A stretch of 64,000 bases of DNA, taken from contig CAXHJY010000414.1 in the NCBI GenBank assembly GCA_964016885.1, positions 125,632-189,631 on the forward strand, in the 5' to 3' direction. Positions 26,933 to 42,560 of the stretch are shown piece after piece. The translations under genes and the position numbers were made by a program. Position 1 is the first letter of the stretch; each line of letters begins with the position of its first letter. The DNA comes from Eledone cirrhosa (lineage: Eukaryota). The notes below the pieces were generated by a model, which was not told the DNA's origin, made no database searches, and was given only the letters and a program-made list of their open reading frames with translations.

Positions 26933-29140
26933 TCCGAATTGGTGTGGAAAAGACAGGAACACATGTTGTTGAAATGTGTTCCACTCTGTCAATACATCGA
27001 TATGTCCAGCTCCTGGGTGTGTTGTTAGTCCTCCGAGGAACTGGAATCATATGGGCTAGAACAAACGAATTTCAGCGTCAGAGGACACGCTCGTATCCCA
27101 TTGGTCAGTTGTCAGACCACTCCCCATTCAAAAGTCTATAGAAATTCTTCTGAGACAGGTCAGCTTGTTATAGTTGTTTTTATCAGAATGTTTAAGTACA
27201 GCTGACCTCCTTTACTGTGTTGGCAGTGGTAGTGGTGTTAAAAGGTCAGCTAGCAGGTCAACCTTAGTATGCTGCTGCTATGGTCCGAAGAATGTATGTG
27301 CGTAGACTGGTATCTATCCTGCCTCCATTTCACGTGGTGGGGGATGCCAAACAAATAAAGAATGCGCGTGTGTTACAACCAATATGAAAAGATAGGTATA
27401 CTTATAGGGATAAAGTTATATTAATTCATATGAATGTGATAAATAAGAATTAGATGTTATTAAAGAGTGTTATTAAAAACGAAGGAAAGTAAAATTTTGG
27501 GATAAGGGTAGTAGTGAGAAATACCAATCTTATTTAAACTACAAGGAATCTAGATACATAACAAGAAATTAAATTAATTTATAGGTATTAATTTTAGGAA
27601 AAGAGATCTGTAAGAGGGAAATAAAATTATGAAGTTCTCTGTAGTAAAATACTAATTATAGGTTAACTAAATAAAAAAAAACAATTATAATAATTTGTAA
27701 AATACAAGAGTAAGGTGTATATTAATTAGGTTTATAATATTTGAAGGTTCTTCTAATTCTTTGATTGCAAGATATAATTAATTCCTGTCGCTTATTTAAT
27801 AGGATATCTTTAGATTTCATCATTTCAAAAAGTTCCTGGGAGCATAACCTACACTCGTATTTGCTATGTTGATAAGAGGTGGCTCTTTTGAGCACGCTCC
27901 AGGTCAGGTTGTAATCGTTATTCTTCTTTCTATAATTATTAATTGTTTCAGTCAAGGATGTTGTATTAGCTAATGCGGCATTTTAAAAACTATGTTTGTG
28001 GGTATTAAATCTTACTTTAAATCGGTTAAGCGTAGCTCCTATATAAGTGGAGCTCTTAGTCTATAAATGTAAAATTAGCACTATGTAATTTATAAGACAA
28101 TTTCCCTTTAATGGGCGAATTTCTTTTGATTCTACAGTTACTACCATTCGTGAATATTATGTCAGGGGAGTTAGTCAAATTTGGTGTGGAGTGTACTCGA
28201 CTTTTTATAGGTGAAGGAGATGGTGGTTTGTTGCGGTTTATGGTTGGTTTGATGTGTTGGTGGTATATTTGTGGGTTTTTTACACTTATATGCGTTGTAC
28301 GCATTTATATTCTGTTGTATATTTTTGGTAGTGGAGTAGGAAAATTTGACAGTTGATCTATTAAAAATTTGATGGTATTTATGGTTTGGTGGGAAGTTTT
28401 TCTCTAGGATAGCAAAGAATTTTTTAGGGAAATTGTCTTTAATTTGTAGATTAAAAGGAGCATTATACCAAGTAACCCGACTATTACGGTTTCGATATTG
28501 TTTTTTATATTTATACGATGTATCAGGATGTTTACTAAGAGAGTTACTATTAGTGACTTTATTATATATAGGTTTAGTTAGATTAACTGATTTAGGTGTT
28601 TTAGTCTGATTACTATGAATTTTGTTAGTAATGTTGTTAACATATTATGATGAATGGTTTTTTGAAAGTAATTATATTTGATGCGAGAAGAGGTAGAGAA
28701 ATTAAATTTTAGGTTGGTATTTTTAGGTGTAGTATGAGTGACATTTACGTGTGGGTTTTTCATTTGGTGTTTGTTGGTAATATTAGCTTGTATGTTTGAA
28801 GTGTTATTGGTGCAAGGTAATATAGACTAATTTGTTTTTGTAGCCGCTTCTAGCTAAAGCTTTGTTATAAAAGGGCGCGTTTTTATCGAATACATCCTGG
28901 TTAGATGAAAGGTTAGAGATTCTGAGTGAGATGTTATATGCTAGGTTATTAAGGATAATCTAGGGTGATTGGATGGTGAGCGTATGTAATGTAAGTTTTG
29001 GTTAGGTTTATGGTAAGGTTGGTAGATACCCGTAGATAGGTCTAAAGTTATATCTAGGAAAATGACTATTTTACTGGTGTATTCAATGTAATAGTGAGAT
29101 TGCAATAGTCTTTGAGGAAAGTTCTAATAAGTTTTTCTTT

Positions 29141-29512
29141 AAGACCAATGGAAATATTGTTTCCTCGGTCCGATTTGACGAAAGTCAATCGTTAAATGTA
29201 AATATATATATATATATTTCAATCATATCTTATATTTTTACCCGTTTAGCTTGTTCGCTTTTTTGGCTTAGGTGCTTAATGGCTTCTTAACCATAGTCTC
29301 AGTTTTGTATGACCTTTTTAACTTATGTTTATAGCTCTGGTATCTTCATATCCATTGAGCGCTTGTTAGCACAATTCGGAAGTTGCGTTTCGCTAATTTC
29401 TACCCGCCGAAATGCGATTCTCGCTAAATTTATATATATATATATATATATTTATATTTAACGATCGACTTTCGTCAAATCGGACCGAGGAAACAATGTT
29501 TCCATTGGTCTT
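29141..29512. mobile_element. MITE-like element with about 65-bp terminal inverted repeats
   Basis: AAGACCAATGGAAATATTGTTTCCTCGGTCCGATTTGACGAAAGTC with its reverse complement at about 29445-29512; TSD not evident. Confidence 0.65.
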
Positions 29513-29554
29513 TCCAATTGCTAATACTATCTATCGGTCGCAACTCCAGGTAGA

Positions 29555-29657
29555 AGGAGCAACGTGAAATAACGTGTCTTGCTCAAGGACATAACGCATC
29601 GCCCGGTCAGGGAATCGAACTCACACCTTCACGATTGCGAATCCGATTCTCTAATCT
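29555..29657 (-). mobile_element. tRNA-derived SINE (family B)
   Basis: GTGTCTTGCTCAAGGACA core and GGAATCGAACTC B-box on the minus strand; decayed relatives near 4200-4320 and 8860-8960. Confidence 0.7.
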
Positions 29658-29673
29658 CTCAGCCACATGCCTT

Positions 29674-29870
<197 letters not shown>

Positions 29871-30085
29871 TATATCGTTTTTCTGAATTTGTTTAGCAAG
29901 AATCTTTATCTGAAAACGTGTGTTAAAACCGATATGGTTATACTTTGGAGGGTCATGTTGCCAATAAGAAACACACGCACCAGTTGCTTTCACTCCAATT
30001 TATTATAAATTAAATTATAAATTTAAAAGTTTATAAATTACCGGTTGGTTGGTTAGTTCCACAACCGGACAGTTGTTCATATATT

Positions 30086-30128
30086 GTCAAAGTTCTTTCA
30101 TCACACATTCTCTGACCTCTTCAGTGAC
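30086..30128 (-). ncRNA. hammerhead-like motif (decayed)
   Basis: Minus strand GUCA-CUGAAGA-GGUCA-gagaaugug-UGAU-GAAAG-AA-CUU^UGAC; C11.1 apparently lost. Its downstream tail (29937-30010) recurs at 54468-54545. Confidence 0.55.
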
Positions 30129-30529
30129 TGGGGATCTTTTCTTTGTTTTGTGCCTCTCCTTTGTTCTGTCCTACGCCATCTTGTATAAGCATTTCTAACA
30201 TTAATTATTTCCTAATTATGTATGGTTGACCGTATATTTAATTAATTTCCACGTGCTGTTGAAATGTTGGGTAAATATTCTATCGCGGTTGCACGCGAAG
30301 ACGCCACAATAGCGTATTTATTTACTGTTTCTTCATAGATGCCTTTTATTCTTATAGCCTGGTTTATTGATTTTTTGTGTGGTTAATTATGCTGATTGGG
30401 AGTAGAAATGATGTATATATATTATGAAATAATTCCCTGGACATGCTTTACTCTCTCTATATATATATGTGTGTGTGTGTGTAAATATTAAAATACAAAT
30501 ATTAATAAAATAGAAGTTCTTTTTATCAA

Positions 30530-30590
30530 TTACATTTTATTATACATATTTCAGATGTACAACAGTACGTCCTCATCAGACAAAATATAA
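30530..30590 (-). ncRNA. type I hammerhead ribozyme
   Basis: Minus strand UUAUAUUUUGU-CUGAUGA-GGACGUAC-uguu-GUACAUCU-GAAAUAUGUAUA^AUAAAAUGUAA; 11-bp stem I. Confidence 0.8.
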
Positions 30591-31037
30591 TGATACATGA
30601 CATACCCTGAGATGTTAAATGGTTAAGATTTAATCAAGGTAGTGATTAACCTAAGAGAAAGTTTAACATTTATACCCTAATAATGAGAAAATGCGAAAAC
30701 GTAATAAATTCAAAAGAGAATGTGTGAGTAAGAAAAACGTGTCTTAATGTAACAGTTATAGAGATTTTAAAATGTATAATACTACAATTTATCAGGGAAA
30801 GCGGTCAATGAGAGCCGCTGAGATAATATATATAGAGAGAGGAAATATATGTAGAAGATTTTCCGAATGTTAAACGGTTAAGTTTGAAAATATTTAATTA
30901 ATGCTATTTTAGGGTGAAAAATCAAGATTTTAGGTTTTTTTGTTTTTTTTTAAATTGCAGGTTATTTATTAGTTTTGTAAATTCAATAAGTGTTTTAACA
31001 TTTCTAAACTTCGGAATTTTATGGCCAGTGGAAAATA

Positions 31038-31860
<823 letters not shown>

Positions 31861-32165
31861 TAATCAAAAACACATGAAAATTCACAGTTAGAAATAAGTT
31901 CCATAAAAATGTATGGGTTGGATATTAAACTAAAATCTAACCTTAGCTAGGAAGATAAAGATAGAGAAATAAAGAAATAATGGTATGGATCAAAATTAAT
32001 AATTATAATATTATGTTATGTATATCAATGTTCCGGCATGTTATTGAACAAGTGTTTTTCATTCAAGCGTTATTTCTACTATAGATAGTTATAAGATAAT
32101 GCAATATTAAAGGCCATTAATGTTTTTCCCTGTCTGGCTTCTGTCCTTTATATATATATATATAT

Positions 32166-32535
32166 ATATATTTAAAAACACACAGATACATGCGGACACA
32201 CACATATATACATGAATGCATCCGCACCCAACTGTGAGTTAAGGGTGCCAACTTCACCGATGTTGCTCAATGAATGACTGGGACAGACCAATTCAGTTTG
32301 AACCAGACTGAACCAGTATCAGAGTTAAAAATACATTATGAAGAGAGAAGAAACATTTAGATATAATTAGTAATAAAATGTATCATACCTAAACTGTTCC
32401 TAAATTCCTCGACTACGTAGTTTCGTGGCATAAACAAAAACAATATATCAAAGATATAGAGTCCTTGCGAGGTCTGCCAACTTATCAAGAGGATACCTCA
32501 TTTTACTAGTCTCAAGAACGCGTCTACACGACGTG
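32166..32535 (-). repeat. inverted partial copy of the 591-bp unit
   Basis: Reverse complement of 32628-32997; 4-nt CGTG overlap with the start of the forward array. Confidence 0.95.
32406..32493 (-). ncRNA. type I hammerhead, U3-A8 variant (inverted copy)
   Basis: Exact reverse complement of 32670-32757. Confidence 0.85.
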
Positions 32536-32669
32536 GTATTTTCTTCGTGGTTATAAGAGGCTTAGCTCTGTTTCTCGACCGTTATATCGCGTGACTATCT
32601 CCCCCTCCGCCTTTTGGGATTCTTTCTCACGTCGTGTAGACGCGTTCTTGAGACTAGTAAAATGAGGTA

Positions 32670-32757
32670 TCCTCTTGATAAGTTGGCAGACCTCGCAAGG
32701 ACTCTATATCTTTGATATATTGTTTTTGTTTATGCCACGAAACTACGTAGTCGAGGA
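32670..32757 (+). ncRNA. type I hammerhead, U3-A8 variant (unit 1)
   Basis: UCCUC-UUGAUAA-GUuGGCA...UGCCAC-GAAAC-UACGUA-GUC^GAGGA; predicted cleavage after 32752. Confidence 0.85.
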
Positions 32758-33260
32758 ATTTAGGAACAGTTTAGGTATGATACATTTTATTACTAATTAT
32801 ATCTAAATGTTTCTTCTCTCTTCATAATGTATTTTTAACTCTGATACTGGTTCAGTCTGGTTCAAACTGAATTGGTCTGTCCCAGTCATTCATTGAGCAA
32901 CATCGGTGAAGTTGGCACCCTTAACTCACAGTTGGGTGCGGATGCATTCATGTATATATGTGTGTGTCCGCATGTATCTGTGTGTTTTTAAATATATTAA
33001 TAACTCCCTCTGGTCGAGCAATCTTTGAAGTGTGGGGACAACGGGAAAGCTTCCATTACTCATACTTCTCGCCTTCTTCACTACCTCTTCTACGGCCTCG
33101 ATATGAATACCCCCTCCGCCTCCGTGGTATTTTCTTCGTGGTTATAAGAGGCTTAGCTCTGTTTCTCGACCGTTATATCGCGTGACTATCTCCCCCTCCG
33201 CCTTTTGGGATTCTTTCTCACGTCGTGTAGACGCGTTCTTGAGACTAGTAAAATGAGGTA

Positions 33261-33348
33261 TCCTCTTGATAAGTTGGCAGACCTCGCAAGGACTCTATAT
33301 CTTTGATATATTGTTTTTGTTTATGCCACGAAACTACGTAGTCGAGGA
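33261..33348 (+). ncRNA. type I hammerhead, U3-A8 variant (unit 2)
   Basis: Identical to unit 1. Confidence 0.85.
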
Positions 33349-33851
33349 ATTTAGGAACAGTTTAGGTATGATACATTTTATTACTAATTATATCTAAATG
33401 TTTCTTCTCTCTTCATAATGTATTTTTAACTCTGATACTGGTTCAGTCTGGTTCAAACTGAATTGGTCTGTCCCAGTCATTCATTGAGCAACATCGGTGA
33501 AGTTGGCACCCTTAACTCACAGTTGGGTGCGGATGCATTCATGTATATATGTGTGTGTCCGCATGTATCTGTGTGTTTTTAAATATATTAATAACTCCCT
33601 CTGGTCGAGCAATCTTTGAAGTGTGGGGACAACGGGAAAGCTTCCATTACTCATACTTCTCGCCTTCTTCACTACCTCTTCTACGGCCTCGATATGAATA
33701 CCCCCTCCGCCTCCGTGGTATTTTCTTCGTGGTTATAAGAGGCTTAGCTCTGTTTCTCGACCGTTATATCGCGTGACTATCTCCCCCTCCGCCTTTTGGG
33801 ATTCTTTCTCACGTCGTGTAGACGCGTTCTTGAGACTAGTAAAATGAGGTA

Positions 33852-33939
33852 TCCTCTTGATAAGTTGGCAGACCTCGCAAGGACTCTATATCTTTGATAT
33901 ATTGTTTTTGTTTATGCCACGAAACTACGTAGTCGAGGA
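33852..33939 (+). ncRNA. type I hammerhead, U3-A8 variant (unit 3)
   Basis: Identical to unit 1. Confidence 0.85.
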
Positions 33940-34442
33940 ATTTAGGAACAGTTTAGGTATGATACATTTTATTACTAATTATATCTAAATGTTTCTTCTC
34001 TCTTCATAATGTATTTTTAACTCTGATACTGGTTCAGTCTGGTTCAAACTGAATTGGTCTGTCCCAGTCATTCATTGAGCAACATCGGTGAAGTTGGCAC
34101 CCTTAACTCACAGTTGGGTGCGGATGCATTCATGTATATATGTGTGTGTCCGCATGTATCTGTGTGTTTTTAAATATATTAATAACTCCCTCTGGTCGAG
34201 CAATCTTTGAAGTGTGGGGACAACGGGAAAGCTTCCATTACTCATACTTCTCGCCTTCTTCACTACCTCTTCTACGGCCTCGATATGAATACCCCCTCCG
34301 CCTCCGTGGTATTTTCTTCGTGGTTATAAGAGGCTTAGCTCTGTTTCTCGACCGTTATATCGCGTGACTATCTCCCCCTCCGCCTTTTGGGATTCTTTCT
34401 CACGTCGTGTAGACGCGTTCTTGAGACTAGTAAAATGAGGTA

Positions 34443-34530
34443 TCCTCTTGATAAGTTGGCAGACCTCGCAAGGACTCTATATCTTTGATATATTGTTTTT
34501 GTTTATGCCACGAAACTACGTAGTCGAGGA
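34443..34530 (+). ncRNA. type I hammerhead, U3-A8 variant (unit 4)
   Basis: Identical to unit 1. Confidence 0.85.
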
Positions 34531-35033
34531 ATTTAGGAACAGTTTAGGTATGATACATTTTATTACTAATTATATCTAAATGTTTCTTCTCTCTTCATAA
34601 TGTATTTTTAACTCTGATACTGGTTCAGTCTGGTTCAAACTGAATTGGTCTGTCCCAGTCATTCATTGAGCAACATCGGTGAAGTTGGCACCCTTAACTC
34701 ACAGTTGGGTGCGGATGCATTCATGTATATATGTGTGTGTCCGCATGTATCTGTGTGTTTTTAAATATATTAATAACTCCCTCTGGTCGAGCAATCTTTG
34801 AAGTGTGGGGACAACGGGAAAGCTTCCATTACTCATACTTCTCGCCTTCTTCACTACCTCTTCTACGGCCTCGATATGAATACCCCCTCCGCCTCCGTGG
34901 TATTTTCTTCGTGGTTATAAGAGGCTTAGCTCTGTTTCTCGACCGTTATATCGCGTGACTATCTCCCCCTCCGCCTTTTGGGATTCTTTCTCACGTCGTG
35001 TAGACGCGTTCTTGAGACTAGTAAAATGAGGTA

Positions 35034-35121
35034 TCCTCTTGATAAGTTGGCAGACCTCGCAAGGACTCTATATCTTTGATATATTGTTTTTGTTTATGCC
35101 ACGAAACTACGTAGTCGAGGA
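35034..35121 (+). ncRNA. type I hammerhead, U3-A8 variant (unit 5)
   Basis: Identical to unit 1. Confidence 0.85.
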
Positions 35122-35624
35122 ATTTAGGAACAGTTTAGGTATGATACATTTTATTACTAATTATATCTAAATGTTTCTTCTCTCTTCATAATGTATTTTT
35201 AACTCTGATACTGGTTCAGTCTGGTTCAAACTGAATTGGTCTGTCCCAGTCATTCATTGAGCAACATCGGTGAAGTTGGCACCCTTAACTCACAGTTGGG
35301 TGCGGATGCATTCATGTATATATGTGTGTCCCCGCATGTATCTGTGTGTTTTTAAATATATTAATAACTCCCTCTGGTCGAGCAATCTTTGAAGTGTGGG
35401 GACAACGGGAAAGCTTCCATTACTCATAATTCTCGCCTTCTTCACTACCTCTTCTACGGCCTCGATATGAATACCCCCTCCGCCTCCGTGGTATTTTCTT
35501 CGTGGTTATAAGAGGCTTAGCTCTGTTTCTCGACCGTTATATCGCGTGACTATCTCCCCCTCCGCCTTTTGGGATTCTTTCTCACGTCGTGTAGACGCGT
35601 TCTTGAGACTAGTAAAATGAGGTA

Positions 35625-35712
35625 TCCTCTTGATAAGTTGGCAGACCTCGCAAGGACTCTATATCTTTGATATATTGTTTTTGTTTATGCCACGAAACTA
35701 CGTAGTCGAGGA
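35625..35712 (+). ncRNA. type I hammerhead, U3-A8 variant (unit 6)
   Basis: Identical to unit 1. Confidence 0.85.
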
Positions 35713-35782
35713 ATTTAGGAAACAGTTTAGGTATGATACATTTTATTACTAATTATATCTAAATGTTTCTTCTCTCTTCATA

Positions 35783-37304
<1,522 letters not shown>

Positions 37305-38235
37305 GACCGGATAAGCCTTCAGTCAGACCTACTGGCTGTTACCCAATGGGCAGAAAAGAACAACATGTTACTGAACGAAGACAAATTCGAACTGATCCAC
37401 TTTGGAAAAGAGGATGCTCTGAAACTCCCGTACTCCCTTCCCTCCGGGGAAACTCTCGTGGCATCTAACAACATCAGAGACTTGGGAGTAACCGTGGACA
37501 GCAACATAAGCTGGACCACGCATATAAGCAGCAAAGTTGACATGGCCCGCAGAATGTGTTCCTGGATCCTCAGAACCTTCCAGTCGAGAGATTCCCGCAC
37601 CATTATCCTTCTCTTCTCTACTTTCGCCCGACCACACCTTGAATACTGTTGTCCACTGTGGTCTCCCCACACGAAACAAAGTATCATGAAACTTGAAGCT
37701 CCTCAAAGGGCAATCACGAAAAAGATAGATGGCATGTCAGACCTTGACTACTGGGGTCGATTGGAAATCCTGAAACTTTACTCACTCCAACGTCGCCGTG
37801 AGCGTTATATTATCTGCATGATGTGGAAAATGTTCCATCATCACTGCCCAAATGATGTTGGCATCGCCTTCAAGATACACCCAAGGCTTGGGCCCCGTGC
37901 TATCCGTCCCATTCAAAAATCTAAATCGCAACTCATAACAACAATACGGCACAATTATTTCACCTCAATCGGCCCTGCTCTCTTCAACATCACACCAGGA
38001 CACGTCAAAACAGAAACTGACCACACAAAATTCAAGAAGTCTTTGGACAAATTCCTCCAAGTAATCCCGGACAAACCACCCACACCCGGATATGTCTCCG
38101 CAAACAGTAATTCTCTTCTCGAATGGGCCATGGTGCCCAAATCCTGAATTGAAAGACTTCGCCAGGTGGTGCTATTAAGTTAGACATGGCCTGGGCCAAT
38201 ACTGGCCAAAACATTTCAAAGTTATTCAAAGTTAT
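37305..38235 (+). mobile_element. 5'-truncated CR1/L2-type LINE (RT C-terminus, stop at 38147)
   Basis: LQSDL..W...[39 protein letters not shown]; short UTR and (TTCAAAGTTA)2 tail. Confidence 0.9.
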
Positions 38236-40026
<1,791 letters not shown>

Positions 40027-40927
40027 CTAAGGCGGGTAAAATTCCCGAGATCCATGGACGAGTTCTCTCCAGCGGTCTCTGTCCCTCATTATCGCTGCCA
40101 TGTCCTGCATCTCCAACAGACCAGTGTTTGTCCTTAGGGCATCAACATACGTTAACCTTGGTCTTCCTCTTCTAGTGTGGCCATGTAGGGGCTCCCAAAG
40201 GAACACTGAGTGCAATGTCAACTCTGGATGTCGGTGAGCATGTCCAGCCAACCTCAGTCTCCTCTGTGTCACTTTTGAGCTGACTTTTGGGATGCTCCCA
40301 TACAGCTCTGAGTTTTTCATCCTCAGTGTATACTGATTAATGTTCAGAGCCATCCTCAGCATTCTCGTGTAGCACCCATCCACCATCTGAGTGAGTTTCT
40401 TGGTCAGTGTCCAAGTCTCAGACCCATACAGCAGCACAGACTCCACTACAGCAATGAAGAGGCGGATTTTCAGGTCTCTACGAAGGTCCGACTTCCATAC
40501 CGATCTCAAGCTGTGGCAAGCCGCCCAGGCCTTTCTCTTCCTCTCAACCACATCATCTTCCGCATTCCCAATCCTTGCTCCCAAATACAGGAAGTCCTCA
40601 ACCAATTCCAGCGGCTTCCCGCCTACATTAGTGATCCCCTCTGGTTTCTCAACATTCTCTACCAGATATTTTGTTTTAGTCTCATTCATTCTCAGCCCCA
40701 CACTCATCGACACAGTCTCAACCTCCCGCATCAAATCCTCTGCCTCCTTCACTGTATTTGTCACCAAAACTATGTCGTCGGCAAATTCAGCATCCGATAC
40801 CTTTTTCGCCCCAACTCTCCTGCTCTGAGCCGGTGCTACAGTAAAGCCAGTATCCTGGTGTTTCTCCAGTGCAAGGCGCATACAATAGTCCACTACGATG
40901 ATAAAGAGGTAGGGAGCCAATGTATCT
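40027..40927 (-). mobile_element. 5'-truncated RTE-clade LINE (RT, open frame)
   Basis: DTLAPYLFII, FADDI, GLRMNETKTK, FLYLG, SVLLYGSETWTLT, RRLRLAGH, RRGRPR, DRDRWR. Confidence 0.92.
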
Positions 40928-41089
40928 GTGTTGAACAAAAAGGTGACGTGGTTGCCTTAACACCGTATGGCATAAATTCAGGCTGTTCGCTTTGTTGACA
41001 AACAAACGAACAAAGCGGCCGGCGTTATAATAAACGCCGGCTAAACTGATGCGTGCATATATGTATGTGTACCTGTATGCATGTGTGTA

Positions 41090-41146
<57 letters not shown>

Positions 41147-41607
41147 GTATTTGCATGCTACTGTACGTCTGTATACGTATATGTATGTACGTATACATAC
41201 ATACTTACATTTAAGTAAGTGCCATACTAAGAGTGAGAAATGAAATTTCGTTTTCATTTTTTTTTCAACTTATCGTTTTCGGTATGCCTGACCGATTTAA
41301 CTCACTCAATATGCAAATTAGGCTGCTCAGCCGTTAATTTTCATAAGGAAAGTATATACTTTCGAACGTTCAACTATCTGGCAGATGGGTAAACGGTGCT
41401 GATGATAGCTAACAAGCTTGAAACTAGTACATCGTTCCTGTGTCAGTGTTGAACAAAAAGGTGACGTGGTTGCCTTAACACCGTATGGCATAAATTCAGG
41501 CTGTTCGCTTTGTTGACAAACAAACGAACAAAGCGGCCGGCGTTATAATAAACGCCGGCTAAACTGATGCGTGCATATATGTATGTGTACCTGTATGCAT
41601 GTGTGTA

Positions 41608-41650
<43 letters not shown>

Positions 41651-41777
41651 GTATATGCATGCTACTGTACGTCTGTATACGTATATGTATGTACGTATAC
41701 ATACATACTTACATTTAAGTAAGTGCCATACTAAGAGTGAGAAATGAAATTTCGTTTTCATTTTTTTTTCAACTTAT
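40928..41777 (+). mobile_element. partial tandem (about 1.6 units) of a hammerhead-bearing non-autonomous element
   Basis: 40928-41273 is repeated at 41446-41777, with an HHR in the unique middle part; ends in (TA)n. Confidence 0.8.
41392..41436 (+). ncRNA. type I hammerhead ribozyme
   Basis: AACGGUG-CUGAUGA-U-AGCU-aaca-AGCU-U-GAAAC-UA-GUA^CAUCGUU; 7-bp stem I, palindromic ACUAGU, U-U at 10.1/11.1. Confidence 0.82.
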
Positions 41778-41922
41778 ATATATATATATATATATATGTT
41801 GGTATCTGTGTTTATCATATATATTAATTTATATTATCATGTATTACACGGCTCAGAAATACTTCTTTCTCTTAGCTATTTCATTGTAAACGACTGCCTG
41901 AGTTTTGAACTCCTTATTTGTA

Positions 41923-42016
<94 letters not shown>

Positions 42017-42109
42017 GTATATATATATATGTATATATAGATATATATATATATATAAATATATGTATATATATATGTATATATATATATATATATATAT
42101 GTATATCTG

Positions 42110-42160
42110 TTAGAACACGAAAAGTGTGAAACAACAGAATGTTCACTTTTCGTGTTCTAA
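42110..42160. repeat. 17-bp inverted repeat hairpin
   Basis: TTAGAACACGAAAAGTG ... CACTTTTCGTGTTCTAA. Confidence 0.85.
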
Positions 42161-42269
42161 TATATATGCCTAGCTTCTTCATAAATTTTTCGGGGATAGC
42201 CGTGGTGGTGGTGATCGTATGTCATTGGCTAATTTTCAACCAATCAGAGTAAGTGTTGATATATATATA

Positions 42270-42560
42270 TATATATACTATTCCCCCTCTCTCTATATAT
42301 ATCTTACGCTTTCGCTTTACACTCCTCCCCTTCAATAACACATTTCCCCCTCTCTATATATCTCTTCCACTGTTACTTACGCCTGTTTCTCTCTATCTGT
42401 TCCGTCTCTATATATATCTCTCTTACTCTTTCGCTTTGCACTCCTCCCCTTCAATACCATCTCTCCCCCTCTCTATATATTTGTTACTCTATCGCTGCAC
42501 GCTCCTCTCCTTCAATATATCAATTACACACGCTTTACACTCCTTTATCCCCAGCGCCCC
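42270..42560. repeat. degenerate pyrimidine-rich minisatellite
   Basis: Recurrent CCCCCTCTCTATATAT and CTCCTCCCCTTCAATA blocks. Confidence 0.6.

Larger units (their letters stand above)
26181..29140 (-). mobile_element. degenerate 5'-truncated Penelope-like element PLE-C
   Basis: Minus-strand remnants FLDITLDL..YHKP..NHP, WYNAPF, YIG, YNLTW, CRLC, LLNKRQE (27722-29140); 3' region with decayed HHR. Outer boundary is inferred. Confidence 0.7.
32532..35788 (+). mobile_element. 591-bp tandem array (5.5 units) of a hammerhead-bearing, retrozyme-like non-autonomous element
   Basis: Period of 591 confirmed by identical ORFs at 32958, 33549, 34140 and 34731; one HHR per unit; ends in (TA)n. Confidence 0.9.

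Noticed and set aside
32958-34958. Four identical 75-aa ORFs in the array
   Set aside because: They start in a microsatellite-like patch, have no recognisable motif and are broken by a stop in the fifth unit; most likely incidental.
32532-35788. CRISPR-like or rRNA/snRNA gene array
   Set aside because: Units are identical with no spacers, no cas genes are present, and I recognise no 5S, tRNA or snRNA sequence.
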